Of a stretch of DNA of 64,000 nt, positions 54,617-62,710 are shown piece by piece. The notes below the pieces were generated by a model that ran no database searches, was not told the origin of the DNA, and worked only from the letters and a program-made list of their open reading frames with translations. A program made the translations under genes and the position numbers. The first letter of the stretch is position 1. The number at the start of each line of letters is the position of its first letter. This DNA is from an uncultured Verrucomicrobiota bacterium (lineage in GTDB: Bacteria > Verrucomicrobiota > Kiritimatiellia > CAIQIC01 > Lenti-01), in NCBI GenBank assembly GCA_938003985.1, contig CALKWZ010000076.1, positions 11,045 through 75,044 on the forward strand, read 5' to 3'.

Positions 54617-55230
54617 GGGGAGTTCCCGGGCGACGCCGGCTTGCCGGCCAGTCGTTGGGCGGCCACCGCGATTCCGGCTTCCCGCCGGATGGCCTCGACG
54701 TCGAGGCCGGCGACCCAGCTCGAAAAGACCTGCCAGGCCTTGTGATAGCCGAATCCGCCTTGGGTCATCTCCCGGATGGCTTCTTCCTTCGACCAATCCT
54801 GCACCACGACGCGGTACAAGGCGCACATGGTGCCGGTGCGGTCGGCGCCGAATTGGCAGTGGACGAGGACGGGGGTGCGCGCCGGATCGGTGACGATCCG
54901 TAGAAAGCGCACGATTTCCTTCCGGCCCGGATGCCACGGCCGCATGTCGATCTGTTCGAGCCCCAGTTCCGTGTCGCCGATTTCATCGCGGTCGGAATGG
55001 AAAGACCGGAGACACACGACCGTGGCGACGCCCTGCTGCTTGAGATTCCGCATGCCCTGCGCCGTCGGTTGGGCGCTGCGGAAAAGCTGCGCGCTGACTT
55101 CATGGAGGTTGGGCACGCCCTCCAGCGCCAAGGGCCGAGCCCACGTCGCCGGGCGGCCGGCTGGCTCCGCGGCCGCCACGGCGGCCCCCACGAGCATCCA
55201 TCCAACCCAAATCGCCAGCCTTGCCTTCAT
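54613..55230 (-). CDS. Secreted Cys-based protein tyrosine/dual-specificity phosphatase-like protein
   Basis: Signal peptide MKARLAIWVGWMLVGAAVAAA. Active-site loop VLVHCQFGADRTG (the HCx5R motif). Confidence 0.75.
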   Translation of the reverse strand: MKARLAIWVGWMLVGAAVAAAEPAGRPATWARPLALEGVPNLHEVSAQLFRSAQPTAQGMRNLKQQGVATVVCLRSFHSDRDEIGDTELGLEQIDMRPWHPGRKEIVRFLRIVTDPARTPVLVHCQFGADRTGTMCALYRVVVQDWSKEEAIREMTQGGFGYHKAWQVFSSWVAGLDVEAIRREAGIAVAAQRLAGKPASPGNSP

Positions 55231-55245
55231 CGCGAGAGCAGCGCG

Positions 55246-55680
55246 TCAGGGGGCAGGGGACCCGGTATTTTGCGACGGGCACCCTGGACCCGCTGGCGCG
55301 GCATTTTTCCTGCGGTGGACGTAATTCTTCGTCACTCGAAACAGAAGTGCGGCCGAGATGCACCAGAGCAGGGTTGCGCCAGCCAAGCCGCCCCACGTCC
55401 GCGGATCGAGTTCCGGCCGGCATGAGACAAGCCGGGCGCCGACGACGGGCGCGGCAATGAAAACAGGACCAAAGAGCAGCCACATCCCGACCAGGACAAT
55501 CGTCTTCGGCGGACCGGAAACGGCCTGCCGGTAGGCAAACCCTTCCGACTGAATCCGCTCCCACGGCCCGGTAACGGACATGGCGCTGAGCGGCGCCCCG
55601 CATTTCACGCAGAAATCGCGCTCCGCCTCGTTTCTCTCAAGACAGTGCGGACAAGCGATTCGACTTTCGGGTTCGCTCAT
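55246..55680 (-). CDS. Zinc-ribbon membrane protein
   Basis: N-terminal CPHC..x..CVKCG zinc ribbon followed by hydrophobic helices. Confidence 0.55.
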   Translation of the reverse strand: MSEPESRIACPHCLERNEAERDFCVKCGAPLSAMSVTGPWERIQSEGFAYRQAVSGPPKTIVLVGMWLLFGPVFIAAPVVGARLVSCRPELDPRTWGGLAGATLLWCISAALLFRVTKNYVHRRKNAAPAGPGCPSQNTGSPAP

Positions 55681-55769
55681 TTTCTTTTTTCCTATCGAAC
55701 TCCACCTTCACCGTTTTCAGTCTGCGTCTACGCGGGGTGAAATACGGTACGAGGCGTGGTTGGGTGTTC

Positions 55770-56306
55770 CTAGATTTGTCCTCCGCATCTGATGAATAGT
55801 GCGCCTGTGCCAACCGTGTTTGACGAGGAGGGCGTGAACTTGATTCGGACTGTGTACGCCTGTTTGTCTTGGGGATCGAAGAAGCTCTTGTCGAGGTCGT
55901 ACAGATTGAAATCGTCCCGCGACCCGGATGCCCAGATCATTTGATCCGTATTCAGGCTGACTTCCCGGAGAGAGTCGCCTGCAGTGCCCAGGAGTGTGAG
56001 GTTCCAGTGCCCAACATTCGTCTTCTCCTTCGGGCCGTTGATCCCCAAGTAAAGCCCGCAATAGGGGAGAGTTGGCAGGTTGGCGAGCGTGTATTCTTCG
56101 GATGTGGGGCTGTTGAGAGGGAAGGACGGGAAGGATATCTGGTAGCCTCTGATCTTGTACCAGAGGAAGCGAAGGGAAATGTCTTTCATCTGACCATCTC
56201 CCCGATAGGCTGCGATCTCTTGCTTCAGATATGGTCTGTGCTCTGCGGACGCGCAAGCGCATAGCAACACGCACAAGGCCAACGCAATTGCCGGTCTGTA
56301 TTTCAT
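55770..56306 (-). CDS. Hypothetical lipoprotein (lower-G+C islet)
   Basis: MKYRPAIALALCVLLCAC lipobox. 178 aa. AT-richer codon usage than the surrounding genes. Confidence 0.55.
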   Translation of the reverse strand: MKYRPAIALALCVLLCACASAEHRPYLKQEIAAYRGDGQMKDISLRFLWYKIRGYQISFPSFPLNSPTSEEYTLANLPTLPYCGLYLGINGPKEKTNVGHWNLTLLGTAGDSLREVSLNTDQMIWASGSRDDFNLYDLDKSFFDPQDKQAYTVRIKFTPSSSNTVGTGALFIRCGGQI

Positions 56307-56328
56307 GATCTTCGCTTCACGTCACGGG

Positions 56329-57021
56329 TCAGCGGACCCGACACCTTGTGGCGGGTACGCTGGACCCGCTTGTTGGCCCTTTTTTGTTCCCAACGATCAT
56401 ATACTGCATGTCATCATATCGTTTAGCAGTGCTCAATAATCGGTCATAAGTCATGATCTCAATATCATGTTCATATCCATAACTGGATCGGATTATGTCG
56501 TTTTGTTCTGACAGTGCCGTTCTACGACCGATCATAATATAGTACTTGTAGGTTATATATGTACGCGGATCGCGTAGATACTTGCCAGAGAAGGTGAGGG
56601 GTTCTTTGTCACGTGGTTTATTGAACACGTCGGTAGTTCGCGCTGCGTCAGCAAGCTGATTCCGAAAATCTGTTGGATTAGCATGTACATATCTTGCCCA
56701 GTCGCCGATTTGTTTTTGCGCATGCCGGAGTCGTGGAGATTCGATACCTTTAGAATTATATATGGCGTCGTCAATTGGTTCTAGCTCAAGGAAGTGAACC
56801 TTCCAGCCAGTCGAATATCCCTGAAGAAGCATAAAGTCGCATCTAAGCGATTTTCCAATGCCAAATTCTGGCAATACATAGTGCGCGTGTCCCCCACAGT
56901 CAAAAAACGCCCAATAGAGAAATTCTGGATTTGCCTTCAAAAATCGCGCAATGCCGCGTTCCCCCGTCGAAGAGGCGAGCGCTTTCGCTACAATAGAAGT
57001 GTTATTCATAATTGTGGCCAA
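56329..57021 (-). CDS. DUF4263-type (Shedu SduA nuclease-domain-like) protein, minimal form
   Basis: ..RFLKANPEFLYWAFF..HYVLPEFGIGKSLRCDFMLLQGYSTGWKVHFLELEPIDDAIYNSKG.ESPRLRHAQKQIGDW matches the DUF4263 pattern (FL..nP.ll..; D-F-hl; hhhhElK-like strand; A..Q). The canonical Lys after E-x is not obvious. TTG start at 57021, with an alternative ATG at 57009. Confidence 0.5.
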   Translation of the reverse strand: MATIMNNTSIVAKALASSTGERGIARFLKANPEFLYWAFFDCGGHAHYVLPEFGIGKSLRCDFMLLQGYSTGWKVHFLELEPIDDAIYNSKGIESPRLRHAQKQIGDWARYVHANPTDFRNQLADAARTTDVFNKPRDKEPLTFSGKYLRDPRTYITYKYYIMIGRRTALSEQNDIIRSSYGYEHDIEIMTYDRLLSTAKRYDDMQYMIVGNKKGPTSGSSVPATRCRVR

Positions 57022-57029
57022 CAGTTTTA

Positions 57030-57068
57030 TTCACCCTCCTTCAAGGAGGCTTTACGTGGCGGGGTGAA
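57030..57068 (-). promoter_or_regulatory. 5'-leader hairpin embedding the Shine-Dalgarno of the DUF4263 gene
   Basis: The minus-strand RNA would read UUCACCCCgccacguaaagCCUCCuugaaGGAGGGUGAA. The GGAGG that serves as the only obvious RBS can pair with CCUCC (5-nt loop), and the flanks UUCAC/GUGAA extend the stem. Confidence 0.4.
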
Positions 57069-57085
57069 TTTTCCTGAGTGGCAAA

Positions 57086-57114
57086 AGGATAGCGGAAAGG
57101 TGGGGGTGGGTCAA
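57086..57114 (-). promoter_or_regulatory. Candidate sigma-70 promoter for the DUF4263 gene
   Basis: The minus strand reads TTGACC (57109..57114), a 17-nt spacer, then TATCCT (57086..57091). Confidence 0.3.
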
Positions 57115-57800
57115 TGGCGCAACGGGCTGCGGGCTTGGGGAATAGGGAGCGGGCGGGCCGGCGTGAACCGAGCGCGAAGGAGGCTTTATGCCGGTTTGGG
57201 GGCGCCGCGCAATGCCTCCTTCGCAAAAGGGGGCTCGCGGGAGGCATTTTTCGGACGAAAATGACCGCGGAGGGCGTTTTCAGGGCCGAAAATGGCTCGC
57301 AACGGGCCTGGATACGGCAAAAACGGGTTGGAAACTACGAAATGCGCGAAAAACGCGAAATTTCGGGTTTGGATCCGAAAACGGGGATTTCTAACCGCAA
57401 ATGAACGCAAATGGACGCAAATGAGGGGTGAAAAACGGCCTGAAAGCGGGGGGGGGCCGAAAAGGTCCATTTGCGTGAATTTGCGGTCCATTTTCGGCTG
57501 GATGAGGCCCGCGGAGGCAAAAAAACGCGAAAAAACGCCTCGCAACGGGCTTGGGCGGGCAGAAAAAGGGGCTATTCAGCAGGAAAACGGGGAATTTGCA
57601 GGAAAACAGGAGGGGATGGAGGGCTTCGTCCTGTTTTCCTGTGTGTTTCCTGTTTTCCTGCTGGGCTGTTGGGGGTGATCGGACCTGATTCACCCACGGG
57701 GCCAGACTTCGCCAAGGCTTCGTCCGGCAGGCAAGCCCGTGGGGGTCTTGGAGGGCGGAAGAGAGAGTCTGAATATCCAATAACCAATGTCGCGAAGGCG

Positions 57801-58325
57801 CTATTCGACTTCTTGCATGAGGCGGAGGGCTTCGGAGGTGCCGAGCGACTGGAGGCGCGCTTCTTTGCGCTCTTTTTCTTCCAGCGCCTTGAGGATGGCT
57901 TCCTGGAGGGTGTAGTCGCTGCCCGTGGCCTGGATGGCCGCCAGGTCCGCCGGTTCCGCGTTTTTGGCCTGCGCCATGGCGATGCCGGCCTGTTTCAGCC
58001 GCTGGCGCTGGCGCTCGACCGCGTCGCGCAGGCTGTCCAGCTTGCGCTGGGCGGAAGCGGCCTTTTCTGCGCCGGTGTAGGCCGCGTCGACGTCCGCGAG
58101 CAGGTCGCGCAGTTCTTCCGTCGCCGCGCTTTTTTCGGGGCCGGGCTCCATCCGGTTGATCTGCCGGATCAAGAGATCGGCCTGGCCGAACCGGGCATCG
58201 AGTTCGTCGGCGCGGGTCGCGGCGGCCGGCGGCGCGGCCGAATCCGGCGGCGCATCCTGGGCCAGGGCCGGAACCGTTCCGGACAGGAGCGCCAGAAGAA
58301 TCGTCGCCGGAATTCGCTGCGTCAT
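57801..58325 (-). CDS. Secreted coiled-coil protein, function unknown
   Basis: Start MTQRIPATILLALLSGTVPALAQ at 58325. The rest is charged and helical (..RKLDSLRDAVERQRQRLKQAG..). Confidence 0.55.
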   Translation of the reverse strand: MTQRIPATILLALLSGTVPALAQDAPPDSAAPPAAATRADELDARFGQADLLIRQINRMEPGPEKSAATEELRDLLADVDAAYTGAEKAASAQRKLDSLRDAVERQRQRLKQAGIAMAQAKNAEPADLAAIQATGSDYTLQEAILKALEEKERKEARLQSLGTSEALRLMQEVE

Positions 58326-58351
58326 GGTCGGCTTTCGGTTTGCGGAGGGGT

Positions 58352-60157
58352 TCAGGGGCGGAGGGCGCGGAGATGGTAGAAGGTGGCGGCGCCGGTGGGG
58401 GCGACGGGGAAGCGGAGGGTGCCGGACTGGAGGCGGTTGGTTTCGGCGACTTGGCGCCAGACGATGTCGTTGCTGCCGTACTGGCCTTCGTAGAGCCGCC
58501 AGACGGAACCGGAGGAGAGCGCCCCGCAGACGATTTCCGTGGGCGCGAGGGTGGCGGCGAAGACGGAATGGCGGTCGTTGGTGGCGGTGCCGGCGATGAT
58601 TTCGTGGGTGTCGGTGACGCCGTCGCCGTCGGAATCGGTGCCGAAGATTTCCTCGACCCATTCGGGATGGTCGACGTACGGGTTGCGGTTGGACTGGTAG
58701 TTGAAGTAGATGAGGTCGTTCTTGTTGCTTTCGAAGGCGTCGGGGGGATCCAGGGCATGCCAGAGCAGGAGGGTCGTCAGCTTGCCCATGGAGTTGGTAT
58801 GGGACGGATCGTCGGAGAACCAGAGGGCGGAAGTTTTGTCGGCGGTGCCGTCGTAGCGGGTGGCCATGTAGAAGATGGCGCGGGCGACGTTGCCCTTGGA
58901 GGCGGGCGGCGGCTCGAAGGAGTTGGAATCCATGGACGTCAGCGGGGCGACGTTGGTGGCGGGCGCGCGGTAGCCGGGGTCGAGGGGATCGCTTTCGTCG
59001 AAGTAGAGGTTGCCGCGGAGGGCGTTGGCCCCGATGTGTTCGGCGAAGAGATTGTGGACGTCGACCTGGTCGGGGCCGTCGTTGCCGAGGCCGCGCGATT
59101 CGGGCCAGCCGTGTTCCTTGTTCCAACCGTTGGGGGCGTTGTTGTAGGCGGATTTGGGGAGGGAGGACGTGGGGTTGTAGAGGAGCAGGACGTTGTCGGG
59201 GTTGGCGGGATCGGTGTGCAGGACCTTCATCGCGTCGTTTTCCTGCGTGTCGTTGAGCTGGCGCGTGCCGAGGGAAACGATTTCATGGAGCTTGGCGCGG
59301 AGGGCGGTGCCGGTGAGGCCGAGGGCGTAGTGGTAGTAGGGATAGATGGGGGTGACGTCGACGGTGAAGGTGCGCGAGTTGGTCCCGTCCTTGTCGCCGG
59401 CGTAGAAGGCGATTTCTTGCGTGCCGGTCTGGGCGGACGTGGGCCGCCAGGAGAAGGCGGCAACGAGCGGGGCGGCGCCGGTGGCGCCGGCGAAGGTCGC
59501 GCCGGCGGGCAGGCCGGCGGCCCACAGGCGGACGTCGTCGACGTTGGGTTCGGTGGCGGTGACGGTGAGCTGGACGAGGTTGCTGTAGGCGGTCAGCACG
59601 AAGTTGGTGTCGGGGGCGAAGAAAAGCGCCGGCGGTTCCGGCGCGGCCCCGCCGTAGGAAGTCCAGGCGAGGTTGTCGATGGCGACCTGGCCGGCGGAGA
59701 AACTGCCCTGCTGGATCTTGAGGGTGAAATTGCCGCCGACGTGGATGGGCAGGTCGACGACGTGGTTGGTGACGTTCTGGACGCCGCCGGTGATGGTGTA
59801 GCGGACGACGTCGTTGATCAAGATGTCGAAATCGCAGGTGCTGGCGAACATCCTCATCCAGTCGAACGAGAGGGTGCCGCAACCGCCGGCGATGGTGCCG
59901 GAAACGACGTGGGCGGCGGGCGTCTGGCCCTTGTGGAGGCCGGGGGTCCGGGGCGGGCCGATGATTTTGTCGCCGCGGCACTGGTGGAAGGTCCACGTGG
60001 AACTGTCCTGGCCGGCGAACGTGCCGTTGGTGTAGGTGCTGCCCGTGATGGGGAAATTGTTGAAGTTCTCGGATCCAGCGGCCCGCGCGGCCGTTCCGGC
60101 GGCCAGCCATGCGGCGGCGCAGAGGGCCGGGAACCAGATTCGGAGCGATCGCGACAT
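58352..60157 (-). CDS. Secreted Endonuclease I family nuclease with N-terminal beta-rich extension and C-terminal TSP3-like tail
   Basis: Start MSRSLRIWFPALCAAAWLAAGTAARA at 60157. Endonuclease_1 motifs NKEHGWPES, DVHNLFAEHIGANALRGN, SKGNVARAIFYMATRY and NYQSNRNPYVDHPEW. Tail TDSDGDGVTDTHEIIAG... Confidence 0.8.
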   Translation of the reverse strand: MSRSLRIWFPALCAAAWLAAGTAARAAGSENFNNFPITGSTYTNGTFAGQDSSTWTFHQCRGDKIIGPPRTPGLHKGQTPAAHVVSGTIAGGCGTLSFDWMRMFASTCDFDILINDVVRYTITGGVQNVTNHVVDLPIHVGGNFTLKIQQGSFSAGQVAIDNLAWTSYGGAAPEPPALFFAPDTNFVLTAYSNLVQLTVTATEPNVDDVRLWAAGLPAGATFAGATGAAPLVAAFSWRPTSAQTGTQEIAFYAGDKDGTNSRTFTVDVTPIYPYYHYALGLTGTALRAKLHEIVSLGTRQLNDTQENDAMKVLHTDPANPDNVLLLYNPTSSLPKSAYNNAPNGWNKEHGWPESRGLGNDGPDQVDVHNLFAEHIGANALRGNLYFDESDPLDPGYRAPATNVAPLTSMDSNSFEPPPASKGNVARAIFYMATRYDGTADKTSALWFSDDPSHTNSMGKLTTLLLWHALDPPDAFESNKNDLIYFNYQSNRNPYVDHPEWVEEIFGTDSDGDGVTDTHEIIAGTATNDRHSVFAATLAPTEIVCGALSSGSVWRLYEGQYGSNDIVWRQVAETNRLQSGTLRFPVAPTGAATFYHLRALRP

Positions 60158-60218
60158 ACGAAACAAGCATACCGACTTGCCGGCCAAACGCCACCGAAAA
60201 GGGCCGGACGCGGGCACG

Positions 60219-60244
60219 AAAAAACCGGAGGCCGCAGCCTCCGG
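60219..60244 (-). terminator. Rho-independent terminator
   Basis: The minus strand reads CCGGAGGCugcgGCCUCCGG followed by UUUUUU, 18 nt after the stop of the 60262..60564 gene. Confidence 0.75.
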
Positions 60245-60261
60245 TTCGCGGAGCGGGAGCG

Positions 60262-60564
60262 CTACTCCCACTGGATTTCGTCGCGCTCGATGTCGACGAA
60301 CACGACGTAGCGGTCGGTCGAGGCGAAGCCGAGCTTGACGTACTTGTCCGGCTCCCAGGCGTAGTCGACGTCGCGGATGCCGGTCATTTTCCGCCGCTGG
60401 CCGGGGGCCAGGGCGAAGCCCGTCCATTCGATGGACAGCGAGGTGACGACGATCGTGTAGGAAGAGGAGTTGATGAATTCGAGCGGCTGCTCGTCGTAGT
60501 CTTCGCAGCCGGCCAAGGCCGCCGCCATCAGGACCGTCAACAGGACCAGCAAGGCTTTTTTCAT
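60262..60564 (-). CDS. Small lipoprotein, function unknown
   Basis: MKKALLVLLTVLMAAALAGC lipobox. 100 aa. Confidence 0.55.
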   Translation of the reverse strand: MKKALLVLLTVLMAAALAGCEDYDEQPLEFINSSSYTIVVTSLSIEWTGFALAPGQRRKMTGIRDVDYAWEPDKYVKLGFASTDRYVVFVDIERDEIQWE

Positions 60565-60611
60565 GCGCGTCTCCCTCTATGGCGGAAGTATGCGCCCGGG
60601 GGCCGCGCGCG

Positions 60612-61166
60612 TCAAGGGGCCTCTGCCGCCGGAACTTCGGTTTTCTTGGCGATGCGGGTGGCGTCGTACAGCACGCCGAAGCCGAACCGTTCCCGCACGG
60701 CCTGGAATTCCACGACGGCCTTTTCGCCGGTCATGGGCAGCCAGCCGGCCGGTTCCCACTGGGTCCGGCGGCTGGAGGAAAACTTGACGGCCTGGCCCGA
60801 TTCCAGTTGGCCGATGATGCCGGACTTGCCTTTTTCCACGATGGTGACGACGGCGGGGCTGGCCAGATCGGCGATGGTGCTCGGGCCGGCCTCGACCAGC
60901 TTGGCCTGGGTGACTTCCAGCTGGCCCTTGTTTACGACGAAGGTCACGTCCACCTTGTCGCCGACCGTCGGCCGCCAGGTGACGGGCTCGTACATGGTTT
61001 GCCGGGCGGAGAGGTGGAAAAGGCGCAGGGTGCCGTCCTGGTCGAGGGTGAAGGTGCCGCGGGCGCAGGCCTGGACTTGCCCGGCCGCCTGATCGGCGCC
61101 AGCCGTTCCCGGCAGGACGAGGGCGAGCAACAAGGCGGCGAAGATGCCCAACCGAACAGATCTCAT
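60612..61166 (-). CDS. Secreted beta-rich protein, function unknown
   Basis: Start MRSVRLGIFAALLLALVLPGTAGA at 61166. 184 aa. Confidence 0.5.
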   Translation of the reverse strand: MRSVRLGIFAALLLALVLPGTAGADQAAGQVQACARGTFTLDQDGTLRLFHLSARQTMYEPVTWRPTVGDKVDVTFVVNKGQLEVTQAKLVEAGPSTIADLASPAVVTIVEKGKSGIIGQLESGQAVKFSSSRRTQWEPAGWLPMTGEKAVVEFQAVRERFGFGVLYDATRIAKKTEVPAAEAP

Positions 61167-61290
61167 GGCGTGCTCCTTTGCGGATGGTTCTCGATTTCCA
61201 GGCGCACTGTAGCAGGTGCGCGGCCGGCAGCGCAATCCCCGCGACGCGCCGACCGGTGGAAAACCGCGCGCGGCGTCCGGGCCGGGGACG

Positions 61291-61372
61291 TGGTCGGGAG
61301 GGGACTCGAACCCCTACTCCTTGCGGAACCAGCTCCTAAGGCTGGCGCGTCTGCCAATTTCGCCACCCGACC
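61291..61372 (-). tRNA. tRNA-Leu (anticodon TAG), CCA not encoded
   Basis: The reverse complement reads GGTCGGGTGGCGAAATTGGCAGACGCGCCAGCCTTAGGAGCTGG..GGGGTTCGAGTCCCCTCCCGACCA. Anticodon loop CTTAGGA. Confidence 0.9.
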
Positions 61373-61499
61373 AGCGGTGCGGCGTGCATTAGAGAGCCCG
61401 CGCGGGCGGATTTCAAGCCATTTGCACGGGCGCGTTTTGGGGTTTGTCGGATGCGGGGCGGGGATGGTAATGTCCAAGGGTTTTAGTGGAGGAAACACG

Positions 61500-61934
61500 A
61501 TGGCGACCATTTACGACTCGAAAGACATCCTGGGCATCCTGCCGCACCGGTACCCGTTTATCCTGGTGGACCGGATCGTGGAGTGCAACGACAAGGACTG
61601 GATCGTCGGGCTCAAGAACGTCGCGGCGAACGAGCCGTGTTTCCAGGGCCATTTCCCCGGGCAGCCGATCTTCCCGGGCGTCCTGCAGCTCGAAGCCATG
61701 GCCCAGACGGCCGGCATCCTGCTCAACAAGGTGCTGGGGTCGGAGGGCAAGGTGGCCTATTACCTCGGGGTGGACGGCGCGAAATTCCGCCGGATGGTGG
61801 TGCCGGGCGACCAGCTGCGGATGGAAATCAAGTTCCTGAAGCTGCGCCTGGGCATGGCGAAGGTCGAAGGCCGCGCGCTGGTGGACGGCGAGCTGGCCTG
61901 CGAGGCGACGATGATGTTCGGCGGGGGAAAATAA
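61500..61934 (+). CDS. fabZ: 3-hydroxyacyl-ACP dehydratase
   Basis: ILPHRYPFILVDRI..EPCFQGHFPGQPIFPGVLQLEAMAQ is the FabZ signature. Confidence 0.9.
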   Translation: MATIYDSKDILGILPHRYPFILVDRIVECNDKDWIVGLKNVAANEPCFQGHFPGQPIFPGVLQLEAMAQTAGILLNKVLGSEGKVAYYLGVDGAKFRRMVVPGDQLRMEIKFLKLRLGMAKVEGRALVDGELACEATMMFGGGK

Positions 61935-62710
61935 TGGCCACGACGATCCATCCGCTGGCGGTGGTCGAACCCGGCGCGGAGCTGGGCGTCGACGTGGCGA
62001 TCGGCCCCTTTTGCCGCGTGGGCCCCCACGCGCGCCTGGGCGACCGCGTGGCGTTGCGTTCCCACGTCAGCGTGGACGGCCACGCGACGCTGGGCGCCGG
62101 TTGCGAGGTCTGGCCGTTCGCCAGCGTCGGCGGCAAGACGCAGGACCTGAAGTACAAGGGCGGCGCGCCGCGCCTGGCCGTGGGCGACAACACCGTGATC
62201 CGCGAGTGCGCCACGCTCAACTGCGCGACGTTCGACGGCGGCGAAACCCGCGTGGGTTCGAAATGCCTGATCATGGCCTATTGCCACGTGGCGCACGACT
62301 GCCTCGTCGGCGACCGCGTCATCATGGCCAACAACGCGACGTTGGCGGGGCACGTGATCGTCGAGGACGACGCGATCATCGGCGGCCTGACGGGCATCCA
62401 CCAGTTCGTGCGCATCGGCCGCATGAGCATCCTGGGCGGCACCACCAAGGCGGTCAAGGACGTGCCGCCGTTCATGATGGCCGACGGCGATCCGCTGAAG
62501 GTCTATGGCCCGAACAAGGTCGGGCTGGAGCGGCACGGCGTGTCGGCCGAAGCCCAGCAGGCGCTGAAAACGGCCTACAAGATCGTGTTCCGGATGGATC
62601 TGACCACGGACAAGGCGCTGGAGCGCATCGCGGCGGAATTGCCGGACCTGCCGGAAATCCGGCAGTTCGCCGATTTCATCCGCACGAGCGAACGAGGAAT
62701 CTCCCGATGA
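61934..62710 (+). CDS. lpxA: Acyl-ACP--UDP-N-acetylglucosamine O-acyltransferase
   Basis: Left-handed beta-helix hexapeptide repeats, MATTIHPLAVVEPGAELG.., ..AYCHVAHDC.. and a C-terminal helical domain. Follows fabZ with a 1-nt overlap. Confidence 0.9.
   Translation: MATTIHPLAVVEPGAELGVDVAIGPFCRVGPHARLGDRVALRSHVSVDGHATLGAGCEVWPFASVGGKTQDLKYKGGAPRLAVGDNTVIRECATLNCATFDGGETRVGSKCLIMAYCHVAHDCLVGDRVIMANNATLAGHVIVEDDAIIGGLTGIHQFVRIGRMSILGGTTKAVKDVPPFMMADGDPLKVYGPNKVGLERHGVSAEAQQALKTAYKIVFRMDLTTDKALERIAAELPDLPEIRQFADFIRTSERGISR

Noticed and set aside
57292-57678. ORFs of 60-130 aa in the 57.0-57.8 kb gap (57292..57678 +, 57186..57545 -, 57114..57404 +).
   Set aside because: Their translations are low-complexity (K/R/G/E/N runs) and mirror the nucleotide repeats. 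No start context or motifs are present. The region is better described as non-coding repeats.
57022-57800. Type III toxin-antitoxin-style tandem RNA repeats, or a retron msr/msd, upstream of the nuclease.
   Set aside because: The modules are unequal in length and only share short words, unlike ToxI-type exact tandem repeats. No reverse transcriptase is nearby. The idea is kept only as a loose hypothesis within the finding.
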